Positions 1 through 13,446 are shown, counted from the first letter of the stretch. The stretch: DNA of 64,000 bases from Anaeramoeba ignava BMAN (GCA_028826165.1 JAPDFW010000099.1:62001-126000), one strand, 5' to 3'. The notes: generated by a model from the sequence alone, not told the origin. Translations and numbers: made by a program.

Positions 1-560
1 TTTAATTATTTATTTAATTATTGGATTTAATTATTTTTGGATTTAATTATTTATTTAATTATTTTGATTTAATTATTTTGGATTTAATTATTATTTATTT
101 ATTTATTTATTTATTTTGGATTTAATTATTTTTGGATTTAATTATTATTTAATTTATTTATTTAATTATTATGGATTTAATTATTTTTGAATTTAATTAT
201 TTTTTAATTATTTATTTTATTATTGAGATTTAATTATTTATTTAATTATTTTGGATTTATTTATTTTGGATTTAATTATTTTGGATTTGATTATTGATTT
301 AATTATTGATTTAATTATTTTGGATTTAATTATTTTGAATTTAATTATTTTGAATTTAATTATTTTGAATTTAATTATTTTGGATTTAATTATTTTGGAT
401 TTAATTATTGATTTGATTATTTTGGATTTAATTATTGATTTAATTATTTTGGATTTAATTATTGATTTAATTATTTATTTAATTATTTTGGATTTAATTA
501 TTTTGGATTTAATTATTTTGAATTTAATTATTTTGGATTTAATTATTTTGAATTAATTAT
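1..560. repeat. Minisatellite (~15-mer TTTAATTATTTTGGA and variants) inside intron 1 of the TYW1 gene
   Basis: Tandem degenerate 12-15-nt units downstream (minus strand) of the GT donor at 597-596; the 251..556 ORF is only this repeat translated. Confidence 0.85.
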
Positions 561-597
561 TTATTTAATTAAAGATTTGGAAAAAAATTTTTTTTAC

Positions 598-832
598 CAT
601 TTAAAGTAGCAATTATAAAAATTAAAATACTTGATTCATCTTGTAAATCATTTGGATCATATTCAGAAATTTCAAAAACTTGAGGAAAAAAAGTTGATAA
701 TTTTTGGTCTAGCAATTTTTGTTTTAAAGTTAATGCAAATTTTTTAGTTGTTCCAGTTAAAGTACTATAAAGAATTTTAATATTAACTTTTTCTTCCTTT
801 TTTTCTTTTTCTTCTTTTATATTTTCATTCAT
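598..832 (-). CDS. TYW1: tRNA wybutosine-synthesis protein TYW1, first exon (flavodoxin-like domain); gene continues left of the window
   Basis: KILYSTLTGTTKKFA...EYDPNDL...IFIIATLNG resembles the TYW1 flavodoxin N-terminus (KIFYGSQTGTAKGFA...EYDPDD...VFLVATY); exon ends at G|GTAAAA (597). Confidence 0.7.
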
Positions 833-1254
833 TTTTATTGTTTATTGTTTATTAAAATTTAATTTATTGAAAAGAAAAAAATGAAAAAAAAAAAGAAAAA
901 AATTTTTTATTTAAATTCAATTTATTAGATATATATATTAATATTATTATATTAATAATTATATATAGATATTATTATTTATTTATTTATTTATTTTTTA
1001 ATTTTTTTTTAATTTTTTTTTTTCATTTTTTTTCTTTTCAATTAAAAATTTAAATTTTTAAATTCAAAAAAAAAAAAAACAACAAACAAAATCAATTAAA
1101 AATCAAAAAAAAAACAAAATCAAAAAAACAAAATCAAGATCAGGTTTTTTTTATTATTGATTGGATTTTAAACAAATTTTTGATATCAAAACAAATTCTT
1201 CTCTGTTTTTTTTTAAAACAACTCTTAATTTTTAATTACAAAATTTAATTATAA

Positions 1255-4200
1255 ATGATAAACGATCAAAATTTGTAAAAAAAAATTATTTTAATTTTAA
1301 TTTTAATTTTTATTTTTTAATTTTAATTTTAAATTTAATTTTTAATTAGAATTCGTAACTTTTAATTTTCTTTTAATTTAATTTAATCAACAATAAAAAA
1401 ATCAATTCTAAATTTTATTTATCATTTTATTAACAAAAAAAAAGTTAAAAGAACTTCTTCAGCTCCAGATTTTGAAACTTCAAAAAATAAAAAAAATCAA
1501 TTTAGAAATTTTCAATCAAAATCTGTAAATTTATATAATTTAATTTTAATAATTAAATTTTAATAATTAAATTTTTATAAATAAAATTTTTATAATAAAA
1601 TTTTTATAATTAAATTTTTATAAATTAAATTTTATAATTAAATTTTAATTATATAAATTTATATAATTAAATTTTTATAATTTAAATTTATATAATTAAA
1701 TTTTTATAAATTAAATTTTAATAATTAAATTTATATAATTAAATTTTAATAATTAAATTTATATAATTAAATTTTTATAATTAAATTTTTATAAATAAAA
1801 TTTTATAATTAAATTTTTATAATTTAAATTTTTAAAAGGGATTACCTTTAACAAATTCTGAAGTCCAAACTTTTCCAAGTTCAAAAATATCACAAAATCT
1901 TCATTTAACTTCAAACCTGATCAATGATAATCAAGTTTCAGAAAATAATAAGCAAACTGATTATTTTGATCAAATTGAAAATGAAATTGAAAATTTGAAT
2001 GAAATTAAAATTCAAAATGAAAATGAAAATGAAAATGAAATTGAAATTAAAATTCAAATTGAAAATGAAAATGAAAATTTGAATGAAATTAAAATTGAAA
2101 ATGAAAATGAAATTAAAATTCAAAATGAAATTCAAAATGAAAATGAAATTGAAATTCAAAATCAAAATGAAAATGAAAATCAAAATCAAAATCAAAATCA
2201 AAATCAAAATCAAAATCAAAATCAAAATCAAAATGAAATTCAAAATCAAAATGAAATTGAAAATTTGAATGAAATTGAAAATTTGAATGAAATTAAAATT
2301 CAAAATCAAATTGAAAATCAAAATGATAATCAAATTGAAAATCAAAATCAAAATCAAATTGAAAATCAAATTGAAAATCAAAATCAAAATCAAAATCAAA
2401 ATCAAAATGAAAATCAAAATCAAAATCAAAATCAAAATGAAAATCAAAATGAAAATCAAAATCAAAATCAAAATGAAAATCAAAATGAAAAAGAAAATGA
2501 AAATGAAAATCAAAATGAAAATCAAAATCAAAATGAAAATCAAATTGAAAATGAAATTGAAAATCAAAATCAAAATCAAAATCAAAATCAAAATCAAAAT
2601 CAAAATCAAAATGAAATTCAAAATCAAAATGAAATTAAAAATTTGAATGAAATTAAAATTCAAATTGAAAATGAAAATGAAAATCAAAATCAAAATCAAA
2701 TTGAAAATCAAATTGAAAATGAAATTGAAAATCAAAATGAAAATGAAATTGAAAATTTGAATCAAATTGAAATTGAAAATCAAAATAAAAATGAATTTGA
2801 AAATCAAAATGAAATTCAAAATGAAAATTTGAATCAAATTGAAAATCAAAATCAAAATCAAATTGAAAATCAAAATGAAAATCAAAATCAAAATCAAAAT
2901 CAAATTGAAAATGAAATTGAAAATCAAAATCAAAATCAAAATGAAATTGAAAATCAAAATCAAAATGAAATTGAAAATAAAAATCAAAATAAAAATCAAA
3001 ATGAAAATCAAAATGAAATTGCAAATCAAAATCAAAATAAAAATATAACTTTAGATCAATTAGAAAATCAAATTGAAAATAAAAATCAAATTGAAAATAA
3101 AAATCAAAATCAAAATCAAATTCAAATTCAAAATCAAATTCAAATTCAAAATCAAAATCAAATTCAAAATCAATTCGAAAATATAACTCTCGATCAATTA
3201 GAAATTGAAAACCAAATTCTACTTCAAATCCAAAACCAACAAATAATCGAAGATCAAACAAAAAATAATTTATTCGATCAATTCAAAAAATTCAGAAATA
3301 CAAACTTGATATCCTTCTTTTGGAATTCATTTCAATCAATATCAGCATTGCAAAACCCTGAACAATTTCTTACTGAAGGTCATTTGCAATTTGGAAACAA
3401 TTTTTATTCGGGAGTTTTACAATTTTTATCGTCATTTATTAAAACCGTTCAAAATTTTCGTTTGGAAGAATCCAATGAAGAATTAATCAGCAAAATGTTT
3501 CAATTACTTGTGAACAATTCCTTTAATCACAAAATCATAATTGAAAAAATAAGTCCTTTGTTTGTAACTTATTTAAAAAAATTGAATTATCCAGCAAAGT
3601 TAATGAATTTGAATTTCGAAATGATTAGCAAGAAAAGAGACGATAAAATTGTCAAAGAAACGAACAAAGTTATTGAAAAAATTATAGAGTATATGAATAA
3701 AAAGACGGAAGATAAACAAATTGAAGAATATTTTGCAGATTTCCTGAATAAAAGTGAGACAGAATTGGTTGAATCATTAATAATTGAAATTGCGCTAATT
3801 TTTCAGAACATAGAAGACAACCAAGCAGAAGCAATAGGATTTATTTATGGACAGCTATTGAGCCAACACCAAACAGTTCTTGGCAACTCATCCTTGTTTG
3901 TGTTTTTGAATTTTCTGATGATTGGATTTGAAGAATTATTGAGTAATAGCGACACAAAAGAAATTGCCATTTGGAAATTTACAACTAAAGCTATCAAAAT
4001 TTTCATTCCTGAATTGGTCAATTATCATGCTCTGCACAGTGTCATCTATTCATATCTTCAGGAAATGAATATCCGTTTGGAAGCAACCAAACGAAAGCTT
4101 GTTTTTCACATGAACAATGTGACTGAGAGTAATATTCAAGCTCAAGTTAAAGAAATCAAAAGAAATTTTTCATCTTTATTTTATTCATGGTTTTCGGATT

Positions 4201-5776
4201 CAGTTCTTTTACCACGAATCCAATCAGGAACAAAACAAACAGTCTCTTTGGTTTTTAAGGTTTTGAATAACTTGGCAATCGATGAATTGAACAATTATGT
4301 TTTTGCCGATATTTACAAACAAATCCAAAAAAATATCGAGGATCATAATGATTTTACAGAACATTCAATCCATTTAAAAACAAAGAAATCCGTTTCAAAT
4401 TTGGCAAGATTTTTGGGGATGTTGAGTTTCGGAAGCGATATTTCGTTGGAAAAATCAAATTTCAAACTAAATTCATTGTTGGAAAAAATTGACTCTTTTG
4501 ATGACAAGAAAAAACAACTTGTGATTCAAATTGTGATTAATATTTTATTGGAATCAAAATCATCCAAAATTTTCACTCCTTTTCATCCAGAAATTTCGAG
4601 CTTGATTAAGCTTTTGATTGAAATTTATTCGAACGATACTTTGCCTTTGGGATGCCAATTTGATATTGAAAGGATGTTTGACGAGCTTCTTATTAACAAG
4701 AAAATTTGGGCTTCAGTTGATTCCTTTGTGAATCAATTACAAAATCCAAATAATTTTTTTGACAGCACCATTTTTAATTCAATCATCATGACAATGCAAC
4801 ATGTTCTTTCTCAGATCGAGAATTCAATTGCAGTCGCAACTCATTTATCACAACAATTAGTTCTCAAAGATTTTGCGTCTGAGTCTGATCAATCTATTAT
4901 TCAATCTTCTTATTTGTTTATTGTCAAGAGTTTATCTTTCCATTTGATTTCTGTTGATTTAAAGCAATATTTTTTTCCAAGACTCGTTGATCAATTCCAA
5001 GCTTTGGAGTCTTTTAAACAAGTTATTCCTAAATATTCTCATGAGTTGTTACGCTCTGTTTATTCTCAAATTAAACCTTTAGTTTGGGACTTTGTTCATC
5101 AAGTTGTTGAAATTCAAATTCAAAATTATTTTGAAAATGATTTTAAAAAGTTATTAAAGAGAAATGATGAAGAAAAAGAAAATCAAAAAGAAAATCAAAA
5201 TAAAAATCAAAATCAAAAAGAAAAAGAAAAAGAAAAGAAAAATCAAAATGAAAATGAAAATCAAAAAGAAAATGAAAAAGAAAATGAAAATCAAAATCAA
5301 AATGAAAATGAAAATCAAAATGAAAATCAAAATGAAAATGAAAATGAAAATGAAAAAGAAAAAGAAAAAGAAAATGAAAATGAAAATGAAAATGAAAAAG
5401 AAAATCAAAATCAAAATCAAAATCAAAATCAAAATGAAAATCAAAATCAAAATCAAAATGAAAATGAAAAAGAAAATGAAAATCAAAATCAAAATCAAAA
5501 TGAAAAAGAAAATCAAAATCAAAATCAAAATCAAAAAAAAATCAAAATGAAAATCAAAATGAAAATCAAAATCAAAATCAAAATGAAAATGAAAAAGAAA
5601 ATCAAAATGAAAATCAAAATCAAAATGAAAATCAAATTGAAAAAGAAAATCAAAATCAAAATGAAAATCAAAATCAAAATGAAAATGAAAATCAAAATCA
5701 AAATGAAAAAGAAAATCAAAATCAAAAAGAAATTAATTTGAATCAATTTTTTGATTCTGAAATGAAGTTAAAATAA
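1255..5776 (+). CDS. Truncated NOT1 (CCR4-NOT subunit 1)-like protein: TTP-binding/MIF4G CAF1-binding/DUF3819-like core flanked by long N/Q/E tracts. Proposed exons 1255-1274, (1350-1354), 1445-1524, 1839-end; probable homopolymer frameshift near 5533
   Basis: [55 protein letters not shown]...[11 protein letters not shown] and [11 protein letters not shown] align by eye with CNOT1 middle domains. GT/AG sites join in frame to ORF 1995..5741. Confidence 0.7.
1525..1838. repeat. Intronic ~17-mer minisatellite (ATAATTAAATTT(T/A)TA-like)
   Basis: Tandem AT-only units between GT (1525) and AG (1838). Confidence 0.8.
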
Positions 5777-5864
5777 TTTTTGAAACAAAAATATTAAAAT
5801 CAAAACCAAAATGAAAAATTAAAATCAAAATCAAAAGAAATTAATTTGAATCAATTTTTGATTT

Positions 5865-6490
5865 AAAAATTAAAATTAAAATTAAATTTTAATTTTTGAT
5901 ATTTTAAAAATAAAATTAAATTTAAGAGAAAATTAAAATTTAAAATTAAAATTAAAATAAAAAATTAAAATTAAAATTAAAATTAAAAATTAAAATTAAA
6001 ATTAAAATTAAAATTAAAATCAAAATTAAAATTAAAATTAAAATTAAAATTAAAATTAAAATTAAAATTAAAATTAAAATTAAAATTAAAATTAAAATTA
6101 AAATTATATTAATTAAAATTAAAATTAAAATTAAAAAAAATCAAAATTAAAATTAAAATCAAAATTAAAATTAAAATTAAAATTAAATTTAAAATTAAAA
6201 ATCAAAATTAAAATCAAAATCAAAAAATTAAAATTAAAATTAAAATTAAAATTAAAATTAAAATTAAAAATTAAAATTTAAATTAAAATTAAAATTAAAA
6301 TTAAAATTAAAATTAAAATTAAAATTAAAATCAAAATTAAAATTAAAATTAAAATTAAAATTAAAATTAAAATTAAAATTAAAATTAAAATTAAAATCAA
6401 AATTAAAATCAAAATTAAAATCAAAATTAAAATTAAAATCAAAATTAAAATTAAAATTAAAACTAAAATCAAAATTAAAATTAAAAAATA
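5865..6490. repeat. Intergenic (AAAATT)n/(AAAATC)n microsatellite
   Basis: About 100 hexamer units between the NOT1-like and TPR genes. Confidence 0.9.
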
Positions 6491-6576
6491 AAATTGATTC
6501 AAAAATGATTTTTAATATTTTTTGCTTTTTTTTCATTTTTCATTTTTCATTTTTCATTTTTCATTTTTCATTCAAA

Positions 6577-8112
6577 ATGTCAAACAATAAAAAACTTTGT
6601 AGCGCAGAAACACTTGAAATTGGATTAAAATTCAAACAAGAAAAAAAATATTCAGAAGCAATTGAACATTTCACAAACCTTATAAATCAATTTCCAGAAG
6701 ACGCAGAACCAGTAAGACTCAGAGGAGTTGTTTACAGAGAAACCAAGCAATTTGAAAAAGCGATTCAAGACTTCGATAAAGCGCTTCAATTAAGTCCTGA
6801 TAATATAAAATATTTGACCCAAAGAGGAATTATTTTTCAAGAAATTAAACAATTTGAAAAATCATTAAATGATTTCAATCGAATCATCGAATTGGATCCA
6901 AAAGATGGTCACTATTTTTTCCAGAGAGGAATGATTTATCAAGAGCAAAAAAACTTCCAAAAAGCAATTGATGATTTTTCTCAAGCAATTAATTTAAATC
7001 CAAAAAATATCAATTTTTACATACAAAGAGGTTTACTTTATCGATTATTGAAACAATACACACAAGCCGTACAAGACCTTTCCAGCGCACTCAATCTTTC
7101 TCCTCAGGACTCAAAGTTACTGAATAAACGCGCGATTCTCCGAATTGAGATGAAGGATTTCGAAAACGCTTTGGATGATATGAATCAATCAATAAAAATC
7201 GAACCAAAAAATTCATTTTTTTTTATGCAACGTTCGGTTATCAATAAGGAACTAAAAAATTACAAGGAAGCGCTCAGTGATCTCGATCAAGCAGAATCCC
7301 TCAATAGCAACAATATGAACATTTACATCCAAAAAGCCGTTATTTATCGAGAATTAAAGGAATTCAACAAATCAATTGATCAACTTAACATTTCAATTAC
7401 AAAATTTCCTTCTGAAACTCAACTTTATATTCAGCGAGGAATTCTTCATAGAGATTTGCATCAATTAGACAAAGCCATCGAAGACTTTACTCAGGCAATC
7501 TCTTTGGATCCTTCCCAAAGCAGCTTTGTTTTCCAACGAGCTCTTCTGTGGCGAGAAATTGGATCTTATGAAAAATCCATTGAAGATCTTACTTTCTTAA
7601 TTGAAAAGGATCCAAAAAATTCAACTTATTTTCTTCAACGATCAATTGCTTACCAGGAAAGCAACAATAAAAAAAACGCTCTTTTAGATCTTGATAAAGT
7701 TCTAGAACTCGATCCTGGTGATCACGATTCAATTTTCCAACACGCAATTTTATCAAGAGAACTTGAGAAATTTGATCAAGCAATCCAAAATTTTTCGCAA
7801 TTGATCAAATTTGATCCAAATGATCAAAATTCACTTATTCAACGTGGAACTACTTTTCTTTTAATGAAAAAATTCCAACTTGCTGTTGATGATTTTACTC
7901 TTGCTATTGATATGGATGATTCTCGTCCTGAATTGTTTATTCAACGTGGAATTGCTTATCGTGAATTGAATCAATTTCAAAAATCTTTTGCTGATTTTGG
8001 AAAAGCTAAGAAATTGAATCCAAATTTATTTGATAATGAAAATGAAAATGAAAATGAAAATGAAAAGAAAAAGAAAAAGAAAAATAAAAATAAAAACAAA
8101 AATATTTTTTAA
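6577..8112 (+). CDS. Tetratricopeptide-repeat protein (~14 TPRs), intronless
   Basis: 34-aa repeats of the form xRGxxYxExKxFEKAIxDFxxAIxLxP; ATG 6577 follows a run of TTTTCA motifs. Confidence 0.9.
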   Translation: MSNNKKLCSAETLEIGLKFKQEKKYSEAIEHFTNLINQFPEDAEPVRLRGVVYRETKQFEKAIQDFDKALQLSPDNIKYLTQRGIIFQEIKQFEKSLNDFNRIIELDPKDGHYFFQRGMIYQEQKNFQKAIDDFSQAINLNPKNINFYIQRGLLYRLLKQYTQAVQDLSSALNLSPQDSKLLNKRAILRIEMKDFENALDDMNQSIKIEPKNSFFFMQRSVINKELKNYKEALSDLDQAESLNSNNMNIYIQKAVIYRELKEFNKSIDQLNISITKFPSETQLYIQRGILHRDLHQLDKAIEDFTQAISLDPSQSSFVFQRALLWREIGSYEKSIEDLTFLIEKDPKNSTYFLQRSIAYQESNNKKNALLDLDKVLELDPGDHDSIFQHAILSRELEKFDQAIQNFSQLIKFDPNDQNSLIQRGTTFLLMKKFQLAVDDFTLAIDMDDSRPELFIQRGIAYRELNQFQKSFADFGKAKKLNPNLFDNENENENENEKKKKKKNKNKNKNIF

Positions 8113-8149
8113 TTTAATTTTAAGAATGAATTTATTTTGGAATTTCTAT

Positions 8150-8655
8150 TCGAAAAAATTTTAAAAGTTTTTTTAAATTTCTTTTTAAATTTCTTTTTAA
8201 ATTTCTTTTTAAATTTGATTTTAAATCTTTTTTTAAATTTCTTTTTAAATCTTTTTTTTAAATTTCTTTTTAAATTTCTTTTTAAATTTTTTTTTAAATT
8301 TCTTTTTAAATTTCTTTTTAAATTTCTTTTTAAATTTCTTTTTAAATTTCTTTTTAAATTTGATTTTAAATTTCTTTTTAAATTTGATTTTAAATTTCTT
8401 TTTAAATTTCTTTTTAAATTTCTTTTTAAATTTCTTTTTAAATTTCTTTTTAAATTTCTTTTTAAATTTCTTTTTAAATTTCTTTTTAAATCTCTTTTTA
8501 AATCTCTTTTTAAATTTGTTTTTAAATTTGTTTTTAAATTTGTTTTTAAATTTGATTTTAAATTTGATTTTAAATTTGATTTTAAATTTCTTTTTTTATT
8601 TGTTTTTAAATTTGTTTTTAAAGTTTTTTTAAATTTGATTTTTAAATGTTTTTGA
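8150..8655. repeat. 12-mer tandem repeat (TTTAAATTTCTT)n between the convergent TPR and CCT4 genes
   Basis: About 40 units; ORFs 8109..8666, 8137..8655 and 8360..8632 are translations of it. Confidence 0.9.
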
Positions 8656-8662
8656 AATTGAA

Positions 8663-11600
8663 TCATCTTGCTCCAATAATATCATCAATTTTCAAAATCA
8701 TAACAACAGTTTCAGTTGCAAGACTCAAAGCACTTGAAGTAACAAGTAAAGGTTGGACAACATTTTCTTCCAAAATATCACCTACTTGACCAGTTCTAAT
8801 ATTAATTCCAGCAGAAGTTTGTCCTTGAAGATGTTTGTTTCTAAGTTCGGTTACAATAGAAATGGGATGTAATCCTGCATTCTCTGCTAATGTGTATGGT
8901 ATGATTTCTAATGCTTCTGCATATGCTCGAATACAAACACTTTCAACTCCTGATTGTTCTTTTGCCCAGTTCGCTAATTTCATACTTACTTCAATTTCTG
9001 GTGCTCCTCCTCCTGGTAATAATTTTCTATTTTCATTTTAATTTTAATTAATTATTAATTTTAATTTTAATTTGAATTTTAATTTTAAATATAATTTTAA
9101 TTTTAATTTTAATTTTAATTTTAATTTTAATTTTAATTTTAATTTTAATTTTAATTTTAATTTTAATTTTAATTTAAATTTTAATTTTAATTTTAATTTT
9201 AAATATAAATTTTTAATTTTAAAATGAATTTTAATTTTAATTTTAATTTTAATTTTAATTTTAATTTTAATTTTAATTTTAATTTTAAATTTTAATTTTA
9301 ATTTTAATTTTAATTTTAATTTAATTTTAATTTTAATTTTAATTTTAATTTTAATTTTAATTTTAATTTTAATTTAAATTTTAATTTTTTAATTTTAAAT
9401 TTTAATTTTAAATATAATTTTAATTTTAATTTTAAAATGAATTTTAATTTTAATTTTAATTTTAATTTTAATTTTAATTTTAATTTTAATTTTAATTTTA
9501 ATTTTTAATTTTGATTTTGATTTAAATTTTAAATATAATTTTTAATTTTAATTTTAATTTTAAATATAATTTTAATTTTAAATATAAATTTTAATTTTAA
9601 TTTTAATATAAATTTTAAATATAAATTTTAATTTTAATTTTAATTTTAATTTTAATTTTAATTTTAATTTTAATTTTTATTATAATTTTAAATATAATTT
9701 TAATTTTAAATTTTAATATAAATTTTAAATATAAATTTTAATTTTAATTTTAATTTTAATTTTGATTTTAGATTTTAATTTTAATTTAGATTTTAATTTT
9801 AATTTAAATTTTAATTTTAAATTAAAAAAATACCTTTCTTTAACAATTGAACGAATAACACATAAAGCATCATGAAGAGATCTTTCAGCTTCATCTAAAA
9901 TGAGATTATTTGATCCTCTAAGAATAATAGAAACAGTTTTACCAGGATTAGCGACTCCAGTAATTTTAACAATTTTTCCATCAGCAGTTGAGCTTTCTTC
10001 AACAAGTTTAGCATGCCCAAGTTTTTCAGGAACAAAACTTTCAATTGAAGCTATTGGAAGACAACCAAGAGTCTTTACAAAAAAAATAAATAGAAAAAAT
10101 GAGTAAAAAATTTAATTTTAATTTGAAATTTAATTTTAATTTTAATTTTAATTTTAATTTGAATTTTAATTTTAATTTTAATTTTAATTTTGTTTTTAAT
10201 TTTAATTTTAATTTTAATTGTAATTATAATTTTAATTTTAATTATAATTTTAATTTGAATTTTAATTATAATTTTAATTTTAATTTTAATTTTAATTTTA
10301 ATTTTAATTTTTCTTACTTTTGAAACAAATTCAATTTCACTTCTTTCTATATCTTTAATCACTAATATTTTCATTTTCGCTAAAATTTGTAATGCTAAAT
10401 CACTTATTGCATCTCGAAGAATACTTTTTTGTATTAATAAAACATTGCATCCTGTTTTTTGAATTTTGGCACACATTTGAAGAATATATTTTCTTTCTTC
10501 TTTGAAAAATCTATCAATAGCTTGATATTCTTTAATTCCAATTTCATGAGTAGCCTTCATTAATTTTAATATTAATTTTAATTTTCGAAATGAATTTTAA
10601 TTTTAATTTTAATTTTCGAAATGAATTTTAATTTTGATTTTAATTTTGATTTTAATTTTAATTTTCGAAATGAATTTTAATTTTAATTTTCGAAATGAAT
10701 TTTAATTTTAATTTTAATTTTCGAAATGAATTTTAATTTTAATTTTGATTTTTGATATTAATTTTAATTTTCGAAATGAATTTTAATTTTATAATTACAT
10801 CAGTTTTTGGAGAAGAAAGTTGAAATTGAATTAAACCAATTTTAGCATTTTCTATTCTTGATGGTCCTCCAGCTGAACGCATGACTCTTTGTGTAAAAAC
10901 AATTCCATCAACAAGTTCTACATCTTCAAGTGTTCCTCCAAGTTTTTTAACAATTTTAATATCATTTAAATCAACAGTTTTATCTTTTTCTGGATCGGTA
11001 ATTTTCAAAATTGCATCAACTGCCATTGGTGATAAAATTTCACTGTGTTGAGAAACAACCTAATCATAATTAAATTTAAATTTAAATTTAAATTTTATTT
11101 TTAATTTTAATTTTAAATTACTTTTGAATTAAGTGAAGTATTTGATGATTTTAAAAGTGAATCTCTATCATTAAAATTAACATCAATTCCCATATCTCTT
11201 AAAAATTTTTGAGCCATTTTTTCAGCTTTTTGAAAAGATTCAGAAATAGTATTTGATGATTTTAAAGTGAATCTCAATTTCAAAATTTAATCTCAATTTT
11301 AATTTCAATTTAAATTTTGATTTTAATTTTAATTTTAATTTTAATTTTAATTTCAATTTTAATTTTAATTTAAATTTCAAATTTAATTTTAATTTTAATT
11401 TAAATTTCAATTTTAATTTTAATTTTAATTTTAATTTCAATTTTAATTTTGATTTTAATTTAATTTACCTCTGTTTAATAAATCTTGAGAAGCTTGCAAT
11501 AAAGATCCTGCAATAACAACAACAGATGTAGTTCCATCACCAACTTCAATATCTTGAGACTTTGAAACATCAACAAGCTAATATGAAAAAAAATTATATT

Positions 11601-13446
11601 TTAATAATTTTAAGAAAAAAAATTATTTTTTTATATATTTTTTTTGATACCATTTTTGCTGTTGGATGAACAACTTCCATTTTGGCAAGAATTGTAGCTC
11701 CATCATTTGTAATTAAAACTTCATTTTTCTTGTCTTGAATCATTTTATCCATTCCTTTAGGTCCCAAACTAGTTCGAATTGAATCAGCAACAGCTTTTTG
11801 TTAAAACAATATAAAAAATAAATATAAATATAAAAATAAATATAAATATAAATATAAATATAAATATAAATTAAAATGTCAAAATAAATATAAATATAAA
11901 TATAAATATAAATATAAATATAAATATAAATATAAATATAAATATAAATATAAATATAAATATAAATATAAATATAAATATAAATATAAATATAAATATA
12001 AATATAAATATAAATATAAATATAAATATAAATTAAAATAAAAAAAATAAATATAAATATATAAATATAAAATATAAACATAAATATAAAAACATAAAAT
12101 ATAAATATAAAATATAAATATAAATATAAATATAAAATAAATATAAATATAAATATAAATAAATATAAATATAAATATAAATATAAATATAAATATAAAT
12201 ATAAATATAAATATAAATATAAATATAAATATAAATATAAATATAAATATAAATATAAATATAAATATAAAATATAAATATAAATATAAATTATAAATAT
12301 AAATATAAATATAAATATATAAATATAAATATAAAATATAAAATATAAATATAAATATAAATATAAATATAAATATAAATATAAATATAAATATAAATAT
12401 AAAATATAAATATAAAATATAAATATAAAATATAAATATAAATATAAATATAAAATAAACATAAAATATAAAATATAAATATAAATATAAATATAAATAT
12501 AAATATAAATATAAAATAAATATAAAATAAAATATAAAATATAAAATATATATAAACATAAACATAAAATATAAACATAAACAAAATAAAATATAAATAT
12601 AAATATAAAATATAAATATAAATATAAATATAAATATAAATATAAATATAAATATAAATATAAATATAAATATAAAATATAAATATAAATATAAATATAA
12701 ATATAAATATAAATATAAATATAAATATAAATATAAATATAAATATAAAAATATAAATATAAAATATAAATATAAACATAAATATAAATATAAATATAAA
12801 ATATAAATATAAAATAAACATAAATATAAACTATAAATATAAATATAAATATAAATATAAATATAAATATAAATATAAACATAAACATAAAATATAAAAA
12901 ATATATAAAAATAAAATAAAAATATAAATATAAAATATAAATATAAATATAAATATAAATATAAATATAAATATAAATATAAATATAAATATAAATATAA
13001 ATATAAATATAAATATAAATATAAATATAAATATAAATATAAACATAATATAAATTATAAATATAAATATAAATATAAATATAAATATAAATATAAAAAT
13101 ATAAATATAAAATATAAATATAAATATTAATATAAATATAAATATAAATATAAATATAAATATAAATATAAATATAAATATCAATATAAATATAAATATA
13201 AATATAATTAAAATGCCAATATTATTATAAATATAAATATAAATATAAATATAAATATTAATATAAATATTGTTATAAATAAAAATGTCAATGTCAAATA
13301 AAAATTAAAAATTAAATCAAAAATGATAAAATTAAATTGGTGTAATGAAAAAAAAAATAGAAATTTAAATTACCTTTTGCTTGGATTATATTGTTTAAAC
13401 GAACATCTTTTGATTTTTCTTTTTCTTGAAAATTCTTTTTTTCCAT
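8663..13446 (-). CDS. CCT4: T-complex protein 1 subunit delta (CCT4), 8 exons: 13446-13374, 11793-11651, 11577-11469, ~11262-11122, 11059-10799, 10554-10318, 10072-9834, 9026-8663
   Basis: [59 protein letters not shown] and ILKIDDI motifs; GT-AG junctions are in frame except at the start of exon 4. Confidence 0.95.
9030..9830. repeat. Intronic (TTTTAA)n microsatellite in the last CCT4 intron
   Basis: About 800 bp of hexamer between donor 9833 and acceptor 9027. Confidence 0.9.
11810..13270. repeat. Intronic (ATATAA)n microsatellite in CCT4 intron 1
   Basis: About 1.45 kb of hexamer; source of the Y/I/L/F-rich shadow ORFs. Confidence 0.9.

Noticed and set aside
1938-3261. Long I/L/F-, K/I/M- and F/D-rich ORFs (also at 5154-5746, 6264-6536, 8109-8666, 11740-13184, 14088-14340, 16177-16794, 21803-22181)
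   Set aside because: Alternative-frame or antisense translations of hexamer and 12-mer repeats that lack stops; not genes or membrane proteins.
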